A DNA stretch of 64,000 bases from Octopus vulgaris (Eukaryota). Below the pieces are notes generated by a model that was not told where the DNA came from, did no database searches, and saw nothing but the letters and a program-made list of their open reading frames with translations. This document shows positions 39,769-52,585 of the stretch, piece after piece. The DNA is taken from NCBI GenBank assembly GCA_951406725.2, contig OX597815.1:150598001-150662000 (forward strand), written 5' to 3'. Numbering within the stretch: position 1 is the stretch's first letter; the number at the start of each line of letters is the position of its first letter. The translations under genes were made by a program, and so were the position numbers.

Positions 39769-40990
39769 TTAACAGTTCCGTTAAGACAAGATCAGTAAAA
39801 AAAACTAGGCCATCCAGTGAGGGAGAAATATCATTGAATATACCCAGTATAAAGATATGAGCTACTAATATTTTCTTGCTTTGAAGGCGTGTCTCTAGGC
39901 CGGTTTTAATTACACAGCTTTTGGTTTCAAGCAATCCTCTGTCTCTGAATACAGGGCCAATTCAGTTTGCTGCTACTAGAGAAATTATGACAAAAAAATG
40001 AGAAGGTAGATGCAAAAAGTAGAAGGGTGAATAAAAACGTCAAAAGGAAAAAGAAAATTAAGTTTGTATTCCCTTTGACCATAAAACAATGACTAAGCTA
40101 GTTGTTACACAATAATTCGATGGAGCTGGTACCAGAGTATGCGAGACAGCTGCTAAATCTGGATAGGGTCGTGTTTCCAGTTCGCCAAAATAAATTTGTC
40201 TATATATTTGCATTTGCTGTGAATTTCGGATCTGGAATGTTGTAGTGCAGTGGAATTCTTAGACCTAAAAAGAATATGCGATCTTTCAGCGACGCATAAG
40301 TTGCATTTGTAAGATTCATTAACATATGGCATGGATTTGTCTCCGATTCTCCACATGATTGTATGAAGTTGGTTATCAAGCTCCATACGTGACTAGCGGA
40401 CTTTTAATTTTGTTGATGTGCCAGAAGTTAGGTAGTTTGCATAACGTGTTTTGAAATCGTGTTTTGAAATCGCCCAATGTAATTTTTCTTTTGCGATTAG
40501 ATTATCTTGAAGCATTGTTATTACTTCTGCTTTATATACGCCTAGTCAAGGGAGCAAGCCTCAGATTGTTGACCTTTATAACTCGGAATGGGCCCACGAG
40601 TGATAATGTTCTTCGTGTAGAGGAAGTAGCTGTATGATATGATATTCTAATCGAGTGTCTGTTAAAATCTTCCTGTACGTGTGGTTTACAGGGAAATGCT
40701 TATCTAAAAGAGACAAACATTTCTTGCCTACGTTAGTTTTAACATTTAGGAAGAAGGGACACGAACCATAACAATTTCCTGCGTCTAGTTTTATAATTCT
40801 TATTTTTGCCTAAAATGTTGTAATATATCTTATCTATGAAGCCGCTGTTGGTTGGAGCATTATTATAGTAGGGGTCTGTCTTATAAATTATTCGTTTAGA
40901 ACAAGAGAGATTAGATATCTTATTACTAATGTTAGCTATCAGGTTTTTAAACACAGTGTGGGGAGGTCGATAGGACTGTCCGTGTACATA
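39765..40990 (-). mobile_element. Penelope-like (Naiad-like) 3' remnant: thumb, GIY-YIG and 3' region
   Basis: KISNLSCS..IYKTDPYYNNA..NSGF..KI.Y; RRRKLLWF; LLDKHFP; YKCNLCVAER; RSEIHSKCKY..KFIL. Confidence 0.85.
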
Positions 40991-41757
40991 TAGGACTCTT
41001 TATGTATATTTATATATGTATGCTCATATATATATATATACATACATACATACGTACATACATACATACATACGTGTAGATCATAGCTCAAACTGTTTTG
41101 ATCCATACATGTAAGTCCCAATAAATTGGTTGAGTGCCCTTCTTTCATTTGTCCATTCACTCATATGTGTGTGTTTGTGTGTGTGTGTGTGTGTGTGCGT
41201 CTGTGTGTGTGTGTGTGTGTGTTTGTGTGTGTGTAAGTGCATGTATTCTGGAGACATGGTCAAATGTTTAAGAAGCTTGCGCTTAGCAATCCCTAGGTTC
41301 TAGGTTCGATTCTGCTGAGTGGCAAGTGTTATTCAACCACATGTGAAACAAAGTCTTGTGTTGAAAATTGTGCTGAGGAGAACGACTGGAGAACTGTCAG
41401 ATGGATTGCTTCTTTAGTTTGGACGACCAACCTCACCTCATACTGTATCTGGCTTACTTCCTACACGAATCCGTGGAATTCTCGTTCACTTAGGCTCGAA
41501 TTCGATAATGAGCGAATTTAGTCGATTGAATAATTAAATACGCATCGTCGAAACTAACGGAGATCCATTTGCTGAATGAATAGATTAACAGAGTATACGG
41601 TGTGTGATCGTATATGTTCCGTTATCACACTAACTCATTATCATTGTAATTTTCTCTCTTCAGTTACCCGTACACCCTGATTGCTTTTTGGTTTGATCTT
41701 ACTCCCACACTTTTTCTATTTACGCATGAATATGTATGTATACACACCCACACACCC

Positions 41758-41800
<43 letters not shown>

Positions 41801-42294
41801 AGCGTGTGTGGGTTTGCATATTGAGAGAAAAGGGAAAGTGGGAGTAATAAATAAATATAGATGTTTTCTTTTTCGTTTTAACATTCACCTGGAAAGCATT
41901 AACGCTCTACTAACGATATTGATGAACAATCAATACAGCTAAATTGAATTCCATCGATCAGAAACCACAGTTACGTTCCTTGATTGCATATGTAGCTTAT
42001 GGAAATGTTATTATGACTAAATGCCTAATCTCTAAAAAGGAGCTGCTATTTTAGATCACATGACTAGTTTAATCGTTACATTTTTACAAGAAGATCACAT
42101 CTGCTAGTCTCATTAGCATATCACCTTCTGCAACAATAATGAGCCTACTTTCATCTGATCATATCAAACTTAATATAAACTTATCAATATTTATCATAGA
42201 TGCATCATAATTATTTTACAATAAATTAAGAATATTATAAATATCTACGTACCACTATGCACTACTTCCTACGATAGTTTAGTTTTATCATCCT

Positions 42295-42495
42295 TTCTAC
42301 AACAGGTATAAGGCCGGGAATTTGAAGAAGGAGACTGATCGACTACATCGATCCAATTATTCAATTCGTAATTATTTTATTGTCCCCTTGAAGTAAAGTT
42401 GTAATCGGTGATATTTGAACTCATAACTCAAAGACGGGAGGAAATATCGCTACGCATTTTGTTCGGCGTGCCAACAATTCTGTCCATTCACTGCA
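42295..42495 (-). mobile_element. Degenerate SINE family D
   Basis: tttctacaacaggtataaggcc...tttgaactca...gcattttgttcggcgtgccaac. Confidence 0.6.
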
Positions 42496-42529
42496 TAGTT
42501 TAGTTCCATTATAATTTTGTCAATGTAAT

Positions 42530-42835
42530 GTTGGTTTGTTCTTTCTCGAGCTATGCCTGGCTCATAAGGGCCGGTTTCCCGGTTTCCTTGGCGTATAGGT
42601 TCCCCACCTAGACGGGACGCCGATCCGTCGCAAGTGAGCTGCAAGATGCAGGAGTAAAGAGTGAGAGAAAGTTGTGGCGAAAGAGTCAGTAGAAGTTCGC
42701 CATTACCTTCTGCCGGAGTCGCGTGGAGCTTAGGTGTTTCGCTCATAAACAAACACATCGCCTGGTCTGAGATTCGATCCCACGATCCCTCGACCACGAG
42801 TCCGTTGCTCTAACCCCTAGGCCATGTAACTCCAC
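42530..42835 (-). mobile_element. SINE family B head and body with a third type of 3' tail
   Basis: Head and body as 1294 and 16650; tail cctggctcataagggccggtttcccgg...gacgggacgcc. Confidence 0.8.
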
Positions 42836-43662
42836 TGTCAATGTAATAATTAGTAAGATTATGATTCAAAGGTTCATATTATGAAAGAGCGCCACACAGC
42901 ACATCTTAATGTATTTAGAGTTATTTCCCTTTCTGCCTCACACTTCTTTGCCAAATTTTGCTAAAAATGAATAATGGTCTGAGCTTACTTGAATTACTGT
43001 TCTTTTTCTTTTATTCTTTAACTTGTTTCAGTCATTCGACTATAACCAGGTTGGAGCACCACCTTTAGTCGAACGAATCCACTCCAAGACTTATTCTTTG
43101 TAAGCCTAGTACTTATTCTATCGGGACTGAACCTGGAACAGTGTGGTTGGGAAGCAAGCTTCTTACCACACAGCCACACCTATTCGTAAAATACATGAAA
43201 AATTTCAAAGATATCTGCTACCTATGAGTGAGTATGACTTGCTAACATGTAGTACACTTTCTCTAATTCTACGAAATGCCTAAGTAGTTGCGAGCAGACA
43301 TACACACCCTCACTAACTGCACCACAATTTGACTTAGCGACATCCAGGATGTAATAGATGGAAGCAGACACGGTTGTACCATCAGGCGATTGGTCCTTCT
43401 TTTTTGTTTGTTGAGTAAATTGAGGCAATATTACGTAAAACGATGTGCCCTGCTTTTATAGATACAAGGCATGGCCCCGTCCAAGAAATGAAACTATGAG
43501 ATTAGGATCGTGAGCTAAATACTCTAATCACTTGACCACAAATCCTTCTCCTTATAAATATAATTTTAATCATTCACTCTTCAATATTCAACAGAAGTAT
43601 ACTATATACTGATATCATATAGTTATTCATTGAAATATTATGGATCATTATTATAAGTTTTC

Positions 43663-43978
43663 CTGAGTTCAAATTCCGTGGAGGTCGACATTGCCGTTCA
43701 TCCTTTCGGGGTCGTTTAAGTACCAGTTACGCACTGTGGTCGATGTGATCGACTTGATCCCTTCCCCCAATTTTCAAGCCTTGTGCCTACAGTAGAAAGG
43801 ATTATTATAAGTTGTCGTGAGTTCAAATTCCGTCGAGGTCGTCTTTGCTTGCCTTTCATCCTTTCGGGGTCGATTAAATAAGTACCAGTTACCCACTGGG
43901 GTCGACATAATCGAGATTAATCCCTTCCCCTAAATTTCAAGCCTTGTGCCTACAGTAGTAAGGATTGTTATAAGTTGT
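43663..43978 (+). mobile_element. Headless family-D SINE tandem dimer
   Basis: Two units of about 155 bp, GAGTTCAAATTCCG...GCCTACAGTAG.AAGGATT. Confidence 0.85.
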
Positions 43979-44148
43979 CGTAATATAACACAAAATAATA
44001 GTTATTGTTGTTGTTGTTGTTGTTGTTGCTGCTGCTGCTGAGTGAGAGAACAGCACGCGCCATCAAAGCAAGAAGAAGTCGAAATCATTGTGCCTACTAG
44101 TCGACAGATGATGAAGAGAGTCAGCCACAGTGCTAGCCTTCTTCCAAG

Positions 44149-44192
44149 ACACCTGAAGAAGGCTGGAGGGTATATTAGCCGAAACGTTGCGT
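44149..44192 (+). ncRNA. Minimal type I hammerhead (C3-G8) in a short element next to (TTG)n
   Basis: ACAC-CUGAAGA-A-GGCUGG-AGGGUAUA-UUAGCC-GAAACGU-U-GCGU. Confidence 0.75.
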
Positions 44193-45300
44193 TAACAACA
44201 AACAAGATGAGGACAAATATTCGTCAAATGTAAATAATGTAGAAAAGTTGAAGTTTGTCATATTTACCTTATTTACAGGTGGTGTAGGTACGGGTCCCAC
44301 TGACAGCTTCCTACTTTTTCTATCCCCTGTGGTTTTCTGACCAATATTTACACGTCGTTCCTTGTAGCTTTAAGTGCTTGGAGACCCACTGTCCCAATGC
44401 GCGCGCGCGTGTGTGTGTGTGTGTGTGTGTGTGTTGTACATTGGCTCGCTCCCTCAATTAAATCGATATTGCCTGAACGATTTCTCGGTGCACCACACGT
44501 CTGCTGTCGAAGTGATGGCGGATGAAGTGCTTTGCTCCAGAACGCAACGCATCACCCGGTCTAGGAATTCGAACCACGGTCCCGAGATCGCGCATGTGCG
44601 ACCACCCTAACACTAGGCCATGCGCGCTCGACTACGATGTGTGTGTGTGTATGTGCGTGTGTGTTTTGAGATATACATATACGCGTGTATATGTCATTTT
44701 CTGTGCAGGAAAGCGAAAGCGTATGCATGTATGCGTGTACATACATTAATGGATGGATGAAGAAACATATATTTGTATGTCCGCATAATTATATATAAAT
44801 ATACTCAAACAGATACACTCATATGCAATATAAAGATACAATTACTTATCGACAGGGAAGGGCTAAATATGATTGTATGTATGTTCGTGTGAGACCTTGC
44901 TCACGTTTGCGTAAATCTCTCTCTCTCTCCCTCTTCCCCCCCTCTCTCTCTCTCTCTCTCTTTATCTCTCTGTGGTGGGGTGCATGATGTGTGTGTAGTA
45001 GTTATCATTTATTTAACATTACTGTTTGTACGAGCAAGCTCTAAACTCCATTCGCTGATATGTATTTGCCAACATCAAAGAAAACAAATATTTCCTTTAG
45101 TGATGTTGAAGTAATAGATGGCAAAGTATGTCTGCTTATAAATACAATATTGCTACTAATCTTTCCTTCTAGAACTTTCTGTTTTGCTGTCTGCAAGTAT
45201 ATTTAGTCTCGTGGTTCACTGAATTGATAATGTGTCCGTACATACGATTAATCGATACATACATACTTTGTATGTATGTATATATATATATATATATATA

Positions 45301-45513
45301 CTCTTTTACTTGCTTCAGTCATTTTACTGTGGCCATGCTGGAGCACCACCTTTTAGTCAAGCAAATCGACCCCAGGACTTATTCTTTGTAAGCCTAATAC
45401 TTATTCTATCGTTCTCTTTCACCGAGCCACTGGGATACGGGGACGTAAACATACCAGTATCGGTTGTTAAGTGATGGTGGGGAAACAAACACAGACACAG
45501 AAACATACACACG

Positions 45514-45601
<88 letters not shown>

Positions 45602-45758
45602 TACGTCAGTCTTCTTTCAGTTTCCACTCACAAAATCCACTCACAAGGCTTTGGTCGGCACGAGGCTATAGTAGAAGACACTTGCCCAAGGTGCCACGCA
45701 GTGGGACTGAACCCGGAAGAATGAGGCTGGTAAGCAAGGTACTTACCACACAGCTACA
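45301..45758 (-). mobile_element. SINE family A, full length
   Basis: Tail, body, internal (CA)n(TA)n and head all present. Confidence 0.9.
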
Positions 45759-45771
45759 TAATATATATATG

Positions 45772-45818
<47 letters not shown>

Positions 45819-45853
45819 ATGTATGTATGTATGTACGTATGTATGTATGTATG

Positions 45854-45909
<56 letters not shown>

Positions 45910-46234
45910 ACTCTGTATTGGTATATATGTATATACACACGCATATACATACACATATATTTTGATTTATATATGTGTGCGTGTGCTCAGACGTGCAAGC
46001 ATGGGTGTGAATATCTTTGTGTCTGTGTGTCTGTAGATAATTCTGATCATGCGAGTGTATACACCAAAAAATGAAAGAGTAACACACAATGGAGATCAAA
46101 GTATCTGCTACTTGCCGTTCCCGTACGATTTGACCAAAATATCTCTTCACCAAATCATAAATAAACGGTAAATATCGTACACGTCTGCGCGCGTATATGT
46201 TGTGTTTTGTGTGTGTGATTGATTAACTAAAATA

Positions 46235-46629
46235 ATCCTTTCTACTAAAGGCACAAAGCATCAAATTTGTGGTGAAGGGATTAGTCGATCGCATCGACTC
46301 CAGTACACAACTGGTTCTTATTTCATCGACCATGAAAAGATAAAAAAACAAAGCCAACCTCGGCTGAATTTGAACTCAGGACGTAGCGACGGACGAAATA
46401 CCTATTTCTTTACTACCCACAAGGGGCTAAACACAAAGAGGACAAACAAGGACAGACAAACGGATTAAGTCGATTATATCGACCCCAGTGCGTAACTGCT
46501 ACTTATTTAATCGACCCCGCAAAGATGAAAGGCAAAGTCGACCTTGGCGGAATTTGAACTCATAACGGCAGACGAAATACGGCTACGCATTTCGCCCGGC
46601 GTGCTAACGTTTCTGCCAGCTCGCCGCCT
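46235..46629 (-). mobile_element. SINE family D dimer
   Basis: As 7175-7792; GATTAACTAAAATAA flanks both sides (46221-46235, 46630-46644) as a 15-bp target-site duplication. Confidence 0.88.
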
Positions 46630-46819
46630 GATTAACTAAAATAACGACTAAGAACATACCAAAGCAGTTGATGTGTCTATGATGTGCCTTCTTAAGTGAC
46701 TGTAGTCTTGTGTTTAGGCTGTTCGGATTATGATAATAAAGTCGTGGGTTCAATTCCTGAACTAAGCTACAGTTTTGTCCTTTTAGTCATTTATTGTAAT
46801 TGTCGTGTCCGGAGGAAGA

Positions 46820-47170
46820 GTTGCTGCCCGATTTTTACAGGGACTTTCAATGCAGGTGGTTCTCATACCATTAAGGGTCCATTTGAATTTTTGCAAGAAG
46901 AACATTATCAGGGAGAATATTCTAAAGGGTTCATGTTCATGTGAGAAATCACTGGGAATAATATTTCTTTCGGGTATTTAGGAGGTTGGACGAAGCAAAT
47001 GTGAGGAACAGTGGATAGATAAGTGGGTCGAGTTTCCATAATGGGGAGGGTACAACATCAGTGAGTTTCGAGAAGACAATATTCTGGTAGTAACAAATAA
47101 TTAGAGTGAGAAGACAGCAAACCGGTGGATCAGGTGCCGTAATTATTGATGCCAGCCGAATAGTCTTTCT
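46820..47170 (-). pseudogene. Decayed PLE (Neptune-like) linker-region remnant
   Basis: HICFVQPPKYPKEILFP...CSSCK resembles AFRQPPNLR.IL and the Cys linker. Confidence 0.35.
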
Positions 47171-47419
47171 CTGGAGAGTGTTTCATGGCCATTTTTTTTT
47201 TACATATGGACTCAATGATTCCTATTTTATTAGGATTTCACTCGGTCCTTAAACAAAATCCCTTTATATTTTTAGAGTTAAATATTATTAGAAATTGTAT
47301 TTAAAAAATTGCTAAAATATTTTGTGTATTGTAGAAGTAAAACCAAATTATTATACATAAATATTAACAACAATGGACCCTCAAAGGTGATACGGACCCT
47401 CAAAGGTTATATGAACCCC

Positions 47420-47990
47420 GCATTGTAGCAACTCGGTCACAGATCTGGACACAGTACTCACTTGTGGATTTTGTCTGCAAATGAGACCTGTACGCACGGC
47501 CCTGTAGAGTGTCAACAGCTGTCGGAAGTTCATATATTTACTGGCCCTGAAAAGAAGGGCCAATCTTTGCGATGCAACCCCAGCTATATTAAATTATGTG
47601 ATTTCGCTAGAAGAGATCGTTGATGCCAGCGCATTCCAAAATTTGGAGCTACTGTGAGGTCCCTAGCTGAATGCTATTCATATTTAGTGGATTATTGTGT
47701 ATGCTGCTGTGATGCTTTATTCAGCAAAGTAGTTAATTTCTTCTTGTTCCAGTTTGTTCAGCTATAATAGTTACCAGCTGGGTGTTTGTGCAACCCTTGT
47801 TCCTCCCAGTTATTACAACTTCGATGATCCGCGAGGTCAAGGATGGAAGGGCGAGAGAGTATCTATGTCAGCTTGCAACTATATAAGCACTCAAACAATT
47901 AGCGAAAGTATGGTACATTTCCAACTCATCCTCCTTCGCGAACGACGGCTGACTGTACGGAACTGATGAACCCGTTATGTGGACCCGCTT
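47420..47990 (-). pseudogene. CR1/Jockey-like LINE RT C-terminal remnant
   Basis: IAGVASQRLALLFRASKYMNFRQLLTLYRAVR resembles A..ASQRL.LL.RA.KY.....LLTLYKA.VRP. Confidence 0.55.
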
Positions 47991-48004
47991 ATGAAATTTT
48001 GATA

Positions 48005-48038
<34 letters not shown>

Positions 48039-48195
48039 GATGTTTCGTTTTTGGATTTGGTTTGCAAGATTCTTTATATGAGTTCGTGTGTTGAAGCATA
48101 TTCTGTTGTGTCCGGGGAGAGTCATTTTCTTTTTGCGCCTTATGATGTAACAAACTCACTGGTAAAATTTCCACTTATTTCTTATTTCTATTTTC

Positions 48196-48232
48196 CTAAA
48201 ATTTTCGTTGCGTCTTGCGACATTTTCAATAG
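48196..48232 (-). ncRNA. Minimal hammerhead-like motif with U3-A8 core in repeat 48045-48247
   Basis: CUA-UUGAAAA-U-GUCGC-AAGAC-GCAAC-GAAAAUU-U-UAG; homologues at 49500-49765. Confidence 0.6.
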
Positions 48233-48699
48233 TCTTGACTCTGTCCGTTATTCACTCTGCCTTCCGTTTTGTATGTTTGTGCGCATGTGTGTGAGTCAAT
48301 ATGTGTGTGTGTGTGTGTCTTTGTATGCATGCATGTATGTACGTATGTGCGCATGTATGTATGCATGTGTGTTTATGTATATATGTGTGTTTATGCATAT
48401 GTATATATGTATGTATGTGTGTGCATCTGTATGTGTGCGCGTCTCTATGTATGTATTCTGCATATTCATGTGCTTGCATGTCCGCGTTTGTGTATTTTCT
48501 ATGTATGTGTGCGTGAGCGTATATGGTCATGTTTTTCAGTCTCCATTTGCATATATGTGCCCGTCTGTTCTTATAATCTATGTACCTATCCGTCTTTATG
48601 TTGATCTGTATATTTTTATATCTATATGCTTACATACAAAAAATACATGAGCATACACACACGCTCACACTCACACTCACACATACATACATCTACATA

Positions 48700-49056
48700 A
48701 CAGTCCACTAACTATTCTATTCTACCTGTGTAAACTGTGGGTATGGAGGTATGATATCTCCTATGTATATTTCCTATTTAGTATTGGAGTGTTTTCATTT
48801 ATAAGAACGTACTCCCGTATTTGTCTGAGTGTTGGGTCTTTTGGGTGCTTGGATAAAATTTGGATGTCAAGTTGACCCAAGTTGCCTTCATGGTGGTCTT
48901 TGACATGTTGGTAGAATATGGAGGACTGTTTTTTGTCGTCATATTGTCCCAGATGTCCATTTAGTCGTTTCGCAATGCTCCTATATGTCTCCACTACTTA
49001 CGTCATGTTCATGTCTTTACAAGCACCTTCTATGCATGACGTACATAGGGAAGACA

Positions 49057-49094
<38 letters not shown>

Positions 49095-49400
49095 TGTCTT
49101 CTATATATATATAGGTTGAAGATATGTGGAAAACATATACATAAAGTGGCAGAGAAATGCCTTCGGTTCACATATTTTAATATCTTTTCATAAAGAAATG
49201 TTTGAGACTTCTTTGTCACAAAAAATGATTACTTCATAATGTCCCTTGAAAAGCTAATTTAAATAGCGAAAACTGGTTGGATATCTCGACATATATATAT
49301 GAAAAATTCTTTATAAAAAGATATAAATCTATGTGAAACGAAGGAATTTCTCTTCCACTTTTTATATATGTTTTCAACATGTTTTCAACTCATAATCTTG
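48700..49400. mobile_element. PLE GIY-YIG 3' remnant (minus, 48761-49050) joined through a (TA)n palindrome to an oppositely oriented terminal repeat with a U3-A8 hammerhead-like motif (49239-49284, +)
   Basis: ETYRSIAKRLNGH...DPTLRQIRE.VLI....PILNRK; AUGUCC-C-UUGAAAA-GCUA-AUUUAAA-UAGC-GAAAACUGGU-U-GGAUAU. Confidence 0.7.
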
Positions 49401-49438
49401 CAACGTGATGGATACTGAATCTCCAGTATCGTTGCTCT

Positions 49439-49495
<57 letters not shown>

Positions 49496-49499
49496 CATA

Positions 49500-49765
49500 A
49501 ATATTCTGTTGTATCTGGGCAGAGTTATTCTCTTTTGGTGCCTTATAATTTAACACACTCACCGGTAAAATTTCCCCTTTTTTTTTCTGAAATTTTTGTA
49601 GCGTCTTGCAACCTTTAGAAAAATAAAAAAGAAATAACTCGAAATTTTACCAGTGTGTGTTTTAAATGATAAGGCACCAAAAGAGAGTGACTCTCCCTAG
49701 ACACAACAGAATATGCTTCAACACACGAACTCACATAAAGATTCTTGCAAACCAAATCCAAAAAT
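49500..49765. repeat. Imperfect inverted pair of the 48045-48247 repeat family between two (TA)n tracts
   Basis: 49500-49616 direct, 49617-49765 inverted. Confidence 0.85.
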
Positions 49766-49815
49766 GATATATAGAAATATATATACACGCACACACACAC
49801 ACATATATATCTATA

Positions 49816-49862
<47 letters not shown>

Positions 49863-50420
49863 TGTTATTGCTGTTATTGATGTGAGAATTGGTCAAGGGT
49901 ATGACATCACCTTAATTATTTAAATATACATTTTTCAGTTTCACTTTGTCACCGTGTACGGTTTATGCCGACTGCTTTTCAAATAGAGTTGTGTTAGTAA
50001 ATATTTTTATACTTAGAATCAGTGCATTTATTATTTCAGGTTATTTCTGATGAATATTGTACGTGGGATTTGTTGCAATAGTTGTTTACGTTGTTAGTTT
50101 TGACATTGATACCGCTGATGCTGTTAGTTACACTTACTCCGAGTCGTGTTTCACTATTTGGAGAAATACAAACATTTTTCATTTTTCTAGGTTTTTGTGA
50201 TTTATATTATATATTCTGCCGTAGCGTAAGACAACAGCGATCGGGCATCTACGTTTGAACCTGCTAGAATATATTAAAAATTAATAGATATGTTGATTTT
50301 TTTGATCTTCACTGTTCTACATGCTCCTTTTCTCGTATTGTCACCTATTTGGTACACCGCAGCACACATCAACAAATAATTACTCGTGCTTTCGGGAAAA
50401 TAATCGGTCCCGCAGATAAT

Positions 50421-50471
50421 CTTCCACTGAGGAGACACACAACGAGATCGAAACATCATGGTGTCTCGAAG
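50421..50471 (+). ncRNA. Type I hammerhead motif (C3-G8, GUC cleavage triplet)
   Basis: CUUCCA-CUGAGGA-GA...UC-GAAACAUCAUGGUGU-C-UCGAAG; stem II weak. Confidence 0.65.
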
Positions 50472-51154
50472 TCCCCATCCATCAAGGAACCTATGAATTG
50501 AATGCTATAAGTACACATCATCGAAATGCAGAGACTGTTTTCTGATGATGAAAAACAACAGCGATCAGACATTTACGTTCGAATCTTCCAGAACGTAATA
50601 GCAATGAATATTACATCGCTTTCTTTATTATATTCATGTTTAGTTGTTCGTTGTTATTTCATTTCTGCGTGGTGTTGGTGTGTTGTTTGTCCTTAGAGTT
50701 CACCCATTTCGCTATATCTAATGTATAATTCATGTTTTATTTTCATGTTGCCTTCTGTGATCTGAATTTTAGATGTGTCTACAATTATTTTCCTGGATAT
50801 CCGCATTACATTGTCGATATTAATAATTCTGGTATTATTGAATTCTGCAGACTGTCGTTTTGTTTCCTTGTGAAACCAGTTCAAAATAGGTTTTTTTTTT
50901 TTCGTTATTTCTTTTCATTTTATTTTTTAGTTATTTTTGCTTATGTTGACATGTGTTCTTTATGATGGAAAGGGAGTTTCGTGTTGGTGATATTATATCG
51001 TATCTTATATTTTCTGTTTTGTTTATAGACCGATTTGTTTCATACCTATTGTGTCCATTGATGTCTCCCTCAATAATGATGATAAGGAGTTTGGGCGTTC
51101 ATGTGGGAATTAGCAAGGGCGATGGTTCTATGTATACATTGATGTGAGTTGCGT

Positions 51155-51410
51155 ATGTGAATGCACATGGTTTACTGATTAGGATATTCGGTTCACGATC
51201 TATGGTATTTGGTGCAATTCCCGGCGGTGTGTTGTGTCCTTGGGCAAGACACTTTATTTCATATTGTTCCTGACCACTCAGCCTTACCACATTGTGTATA
51301 ACGCTGAATCCCCTTCAGAACTACATTAACGGTACATGTGTCTGTGGAGTACTCCGTCACTTGCACGAATTAACTGGAACACTTACCGTCCTAACTGACT
51401 GAGTGCTTGT
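51155..51410 (+). mobile_element. SINE family C with 3' module X, degenerate
   Basis: gtgaatgcacatggttt...gtccttgggcaagacactttatttc...agaactacattaacggtacatgtgtctgtggag. Confidence 0.75.
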
Positions 51411-51417
51411 TGGTATA

Positions 51418-51456
<39 letters not shown>

Positions 51457-51539
51457 TAAATATATATATATATATATATCTGTATATATATATATGAGAT
51501 GTAGCACGAAGTTTTGTCAGTGAACAGGTCGCAGAAAAA

Positions 51540-52585
51540 CAGAAGACGAAGATAGGTGTATAAACAACAAGCAGGTGTATTTGACGCTCGGAAAGGTGGG
51601 TACGTCTCTTACGTTTCGAGCAAACGCTCTTCAACAGAAAGAAACACGAAGAAATAAACAGACGCAATAGAAAAAGTTTTGGAGTTAGCCGTCAATCATG
51701 GCGACTAGTTGGACAAAGGTAGTTAGACAGGGGAACTAGGAAGAAGGGAAGATAATAAAGTACTGGTGATCCCAAAACGAAGATGTGCGTGCGTGTGTGT
51801 ATATGAGAGTGTGTAGGTGTGTGCGTGTTGTTAGGAGTTGGTTACTTTGACGTGTGGATGAGTGCGTGTATGTCTGCGTCTGTACTGTGTGCGTGTGTGG
51901 ATGATGGTGTGGGTGTTGGGAAGTGGTCAGTGCTAGTATGTGCTGAGTATTGTGGGGTAGTGTGAGGTGGTGAGGTGGTGTGTAGTGTGGTGTTCGGGTG
52001 TGGAGATGTGAGGGTGGGCTGTGGGTTTGGGGTGAGTATGTAGGGGTGAAGATGTGGGAGTAGAGTGAGGCTGTAGGGTAGAAGTTGGGTAAGTGAAAGT
52101 GGGATGTGTGGGGGTGGGGGTAGACAGAGGGTATCAATGAAGGGATAAGGTATGTAGGAGTGAGGAGAGGAATTAGGTATTAGAGGAAGAGAGTTGGTGG
52201 GAGTCAGATAAAGAAGGGAGGGTAATTAAGCCCATGCGGAGCAAAGGAACTAAGAGAGAAGATAAATTCTTGTTCACGGTGAAGGAGCGTGTCCGGATGA
52301 CTCCTGTGCAAAGACAATCCGAACACAGGCAGTTGTTGTAATGAAGGACCGGTAGTGCGGAAATGGTACGAGACCTGAGTGTCATTGCCGAGTCTAATGT
52401 CTCGAAGGTGCTGCGCGAACTGGTCAGCCAAACAGCGTCCCTTTTGACCGATGTACAGAGAAGGGCAGAAAGAGCAGGAAATGCAGTAAATGGCGTTGCT
52501 AGAAGTGCAAGTAAAGGAGTCAGTGATGTAATAGTGTCGATGATGGGTGCCTGTGAGGATGGTGGTGTTGGAGAGATAGCGGCAG
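51540..52585 (-). mobile_element. Penelope-like (Neptune-type) element 3' end: GIY-YIG, CA-rich 3' region and pLTR with a hammerhead-like motif (51605-51642)
   Basis: FTCTSSNAIYCISCSFCPSLYIGQKGRCLADQFAQHLRDIR...REQEFIFSLSSFAPHGLN; UCUUU-CUGUUGA-A-GAGC-GUUU-GCUC-GAAACGU-A-AGAGA. Confidence 0.88.
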
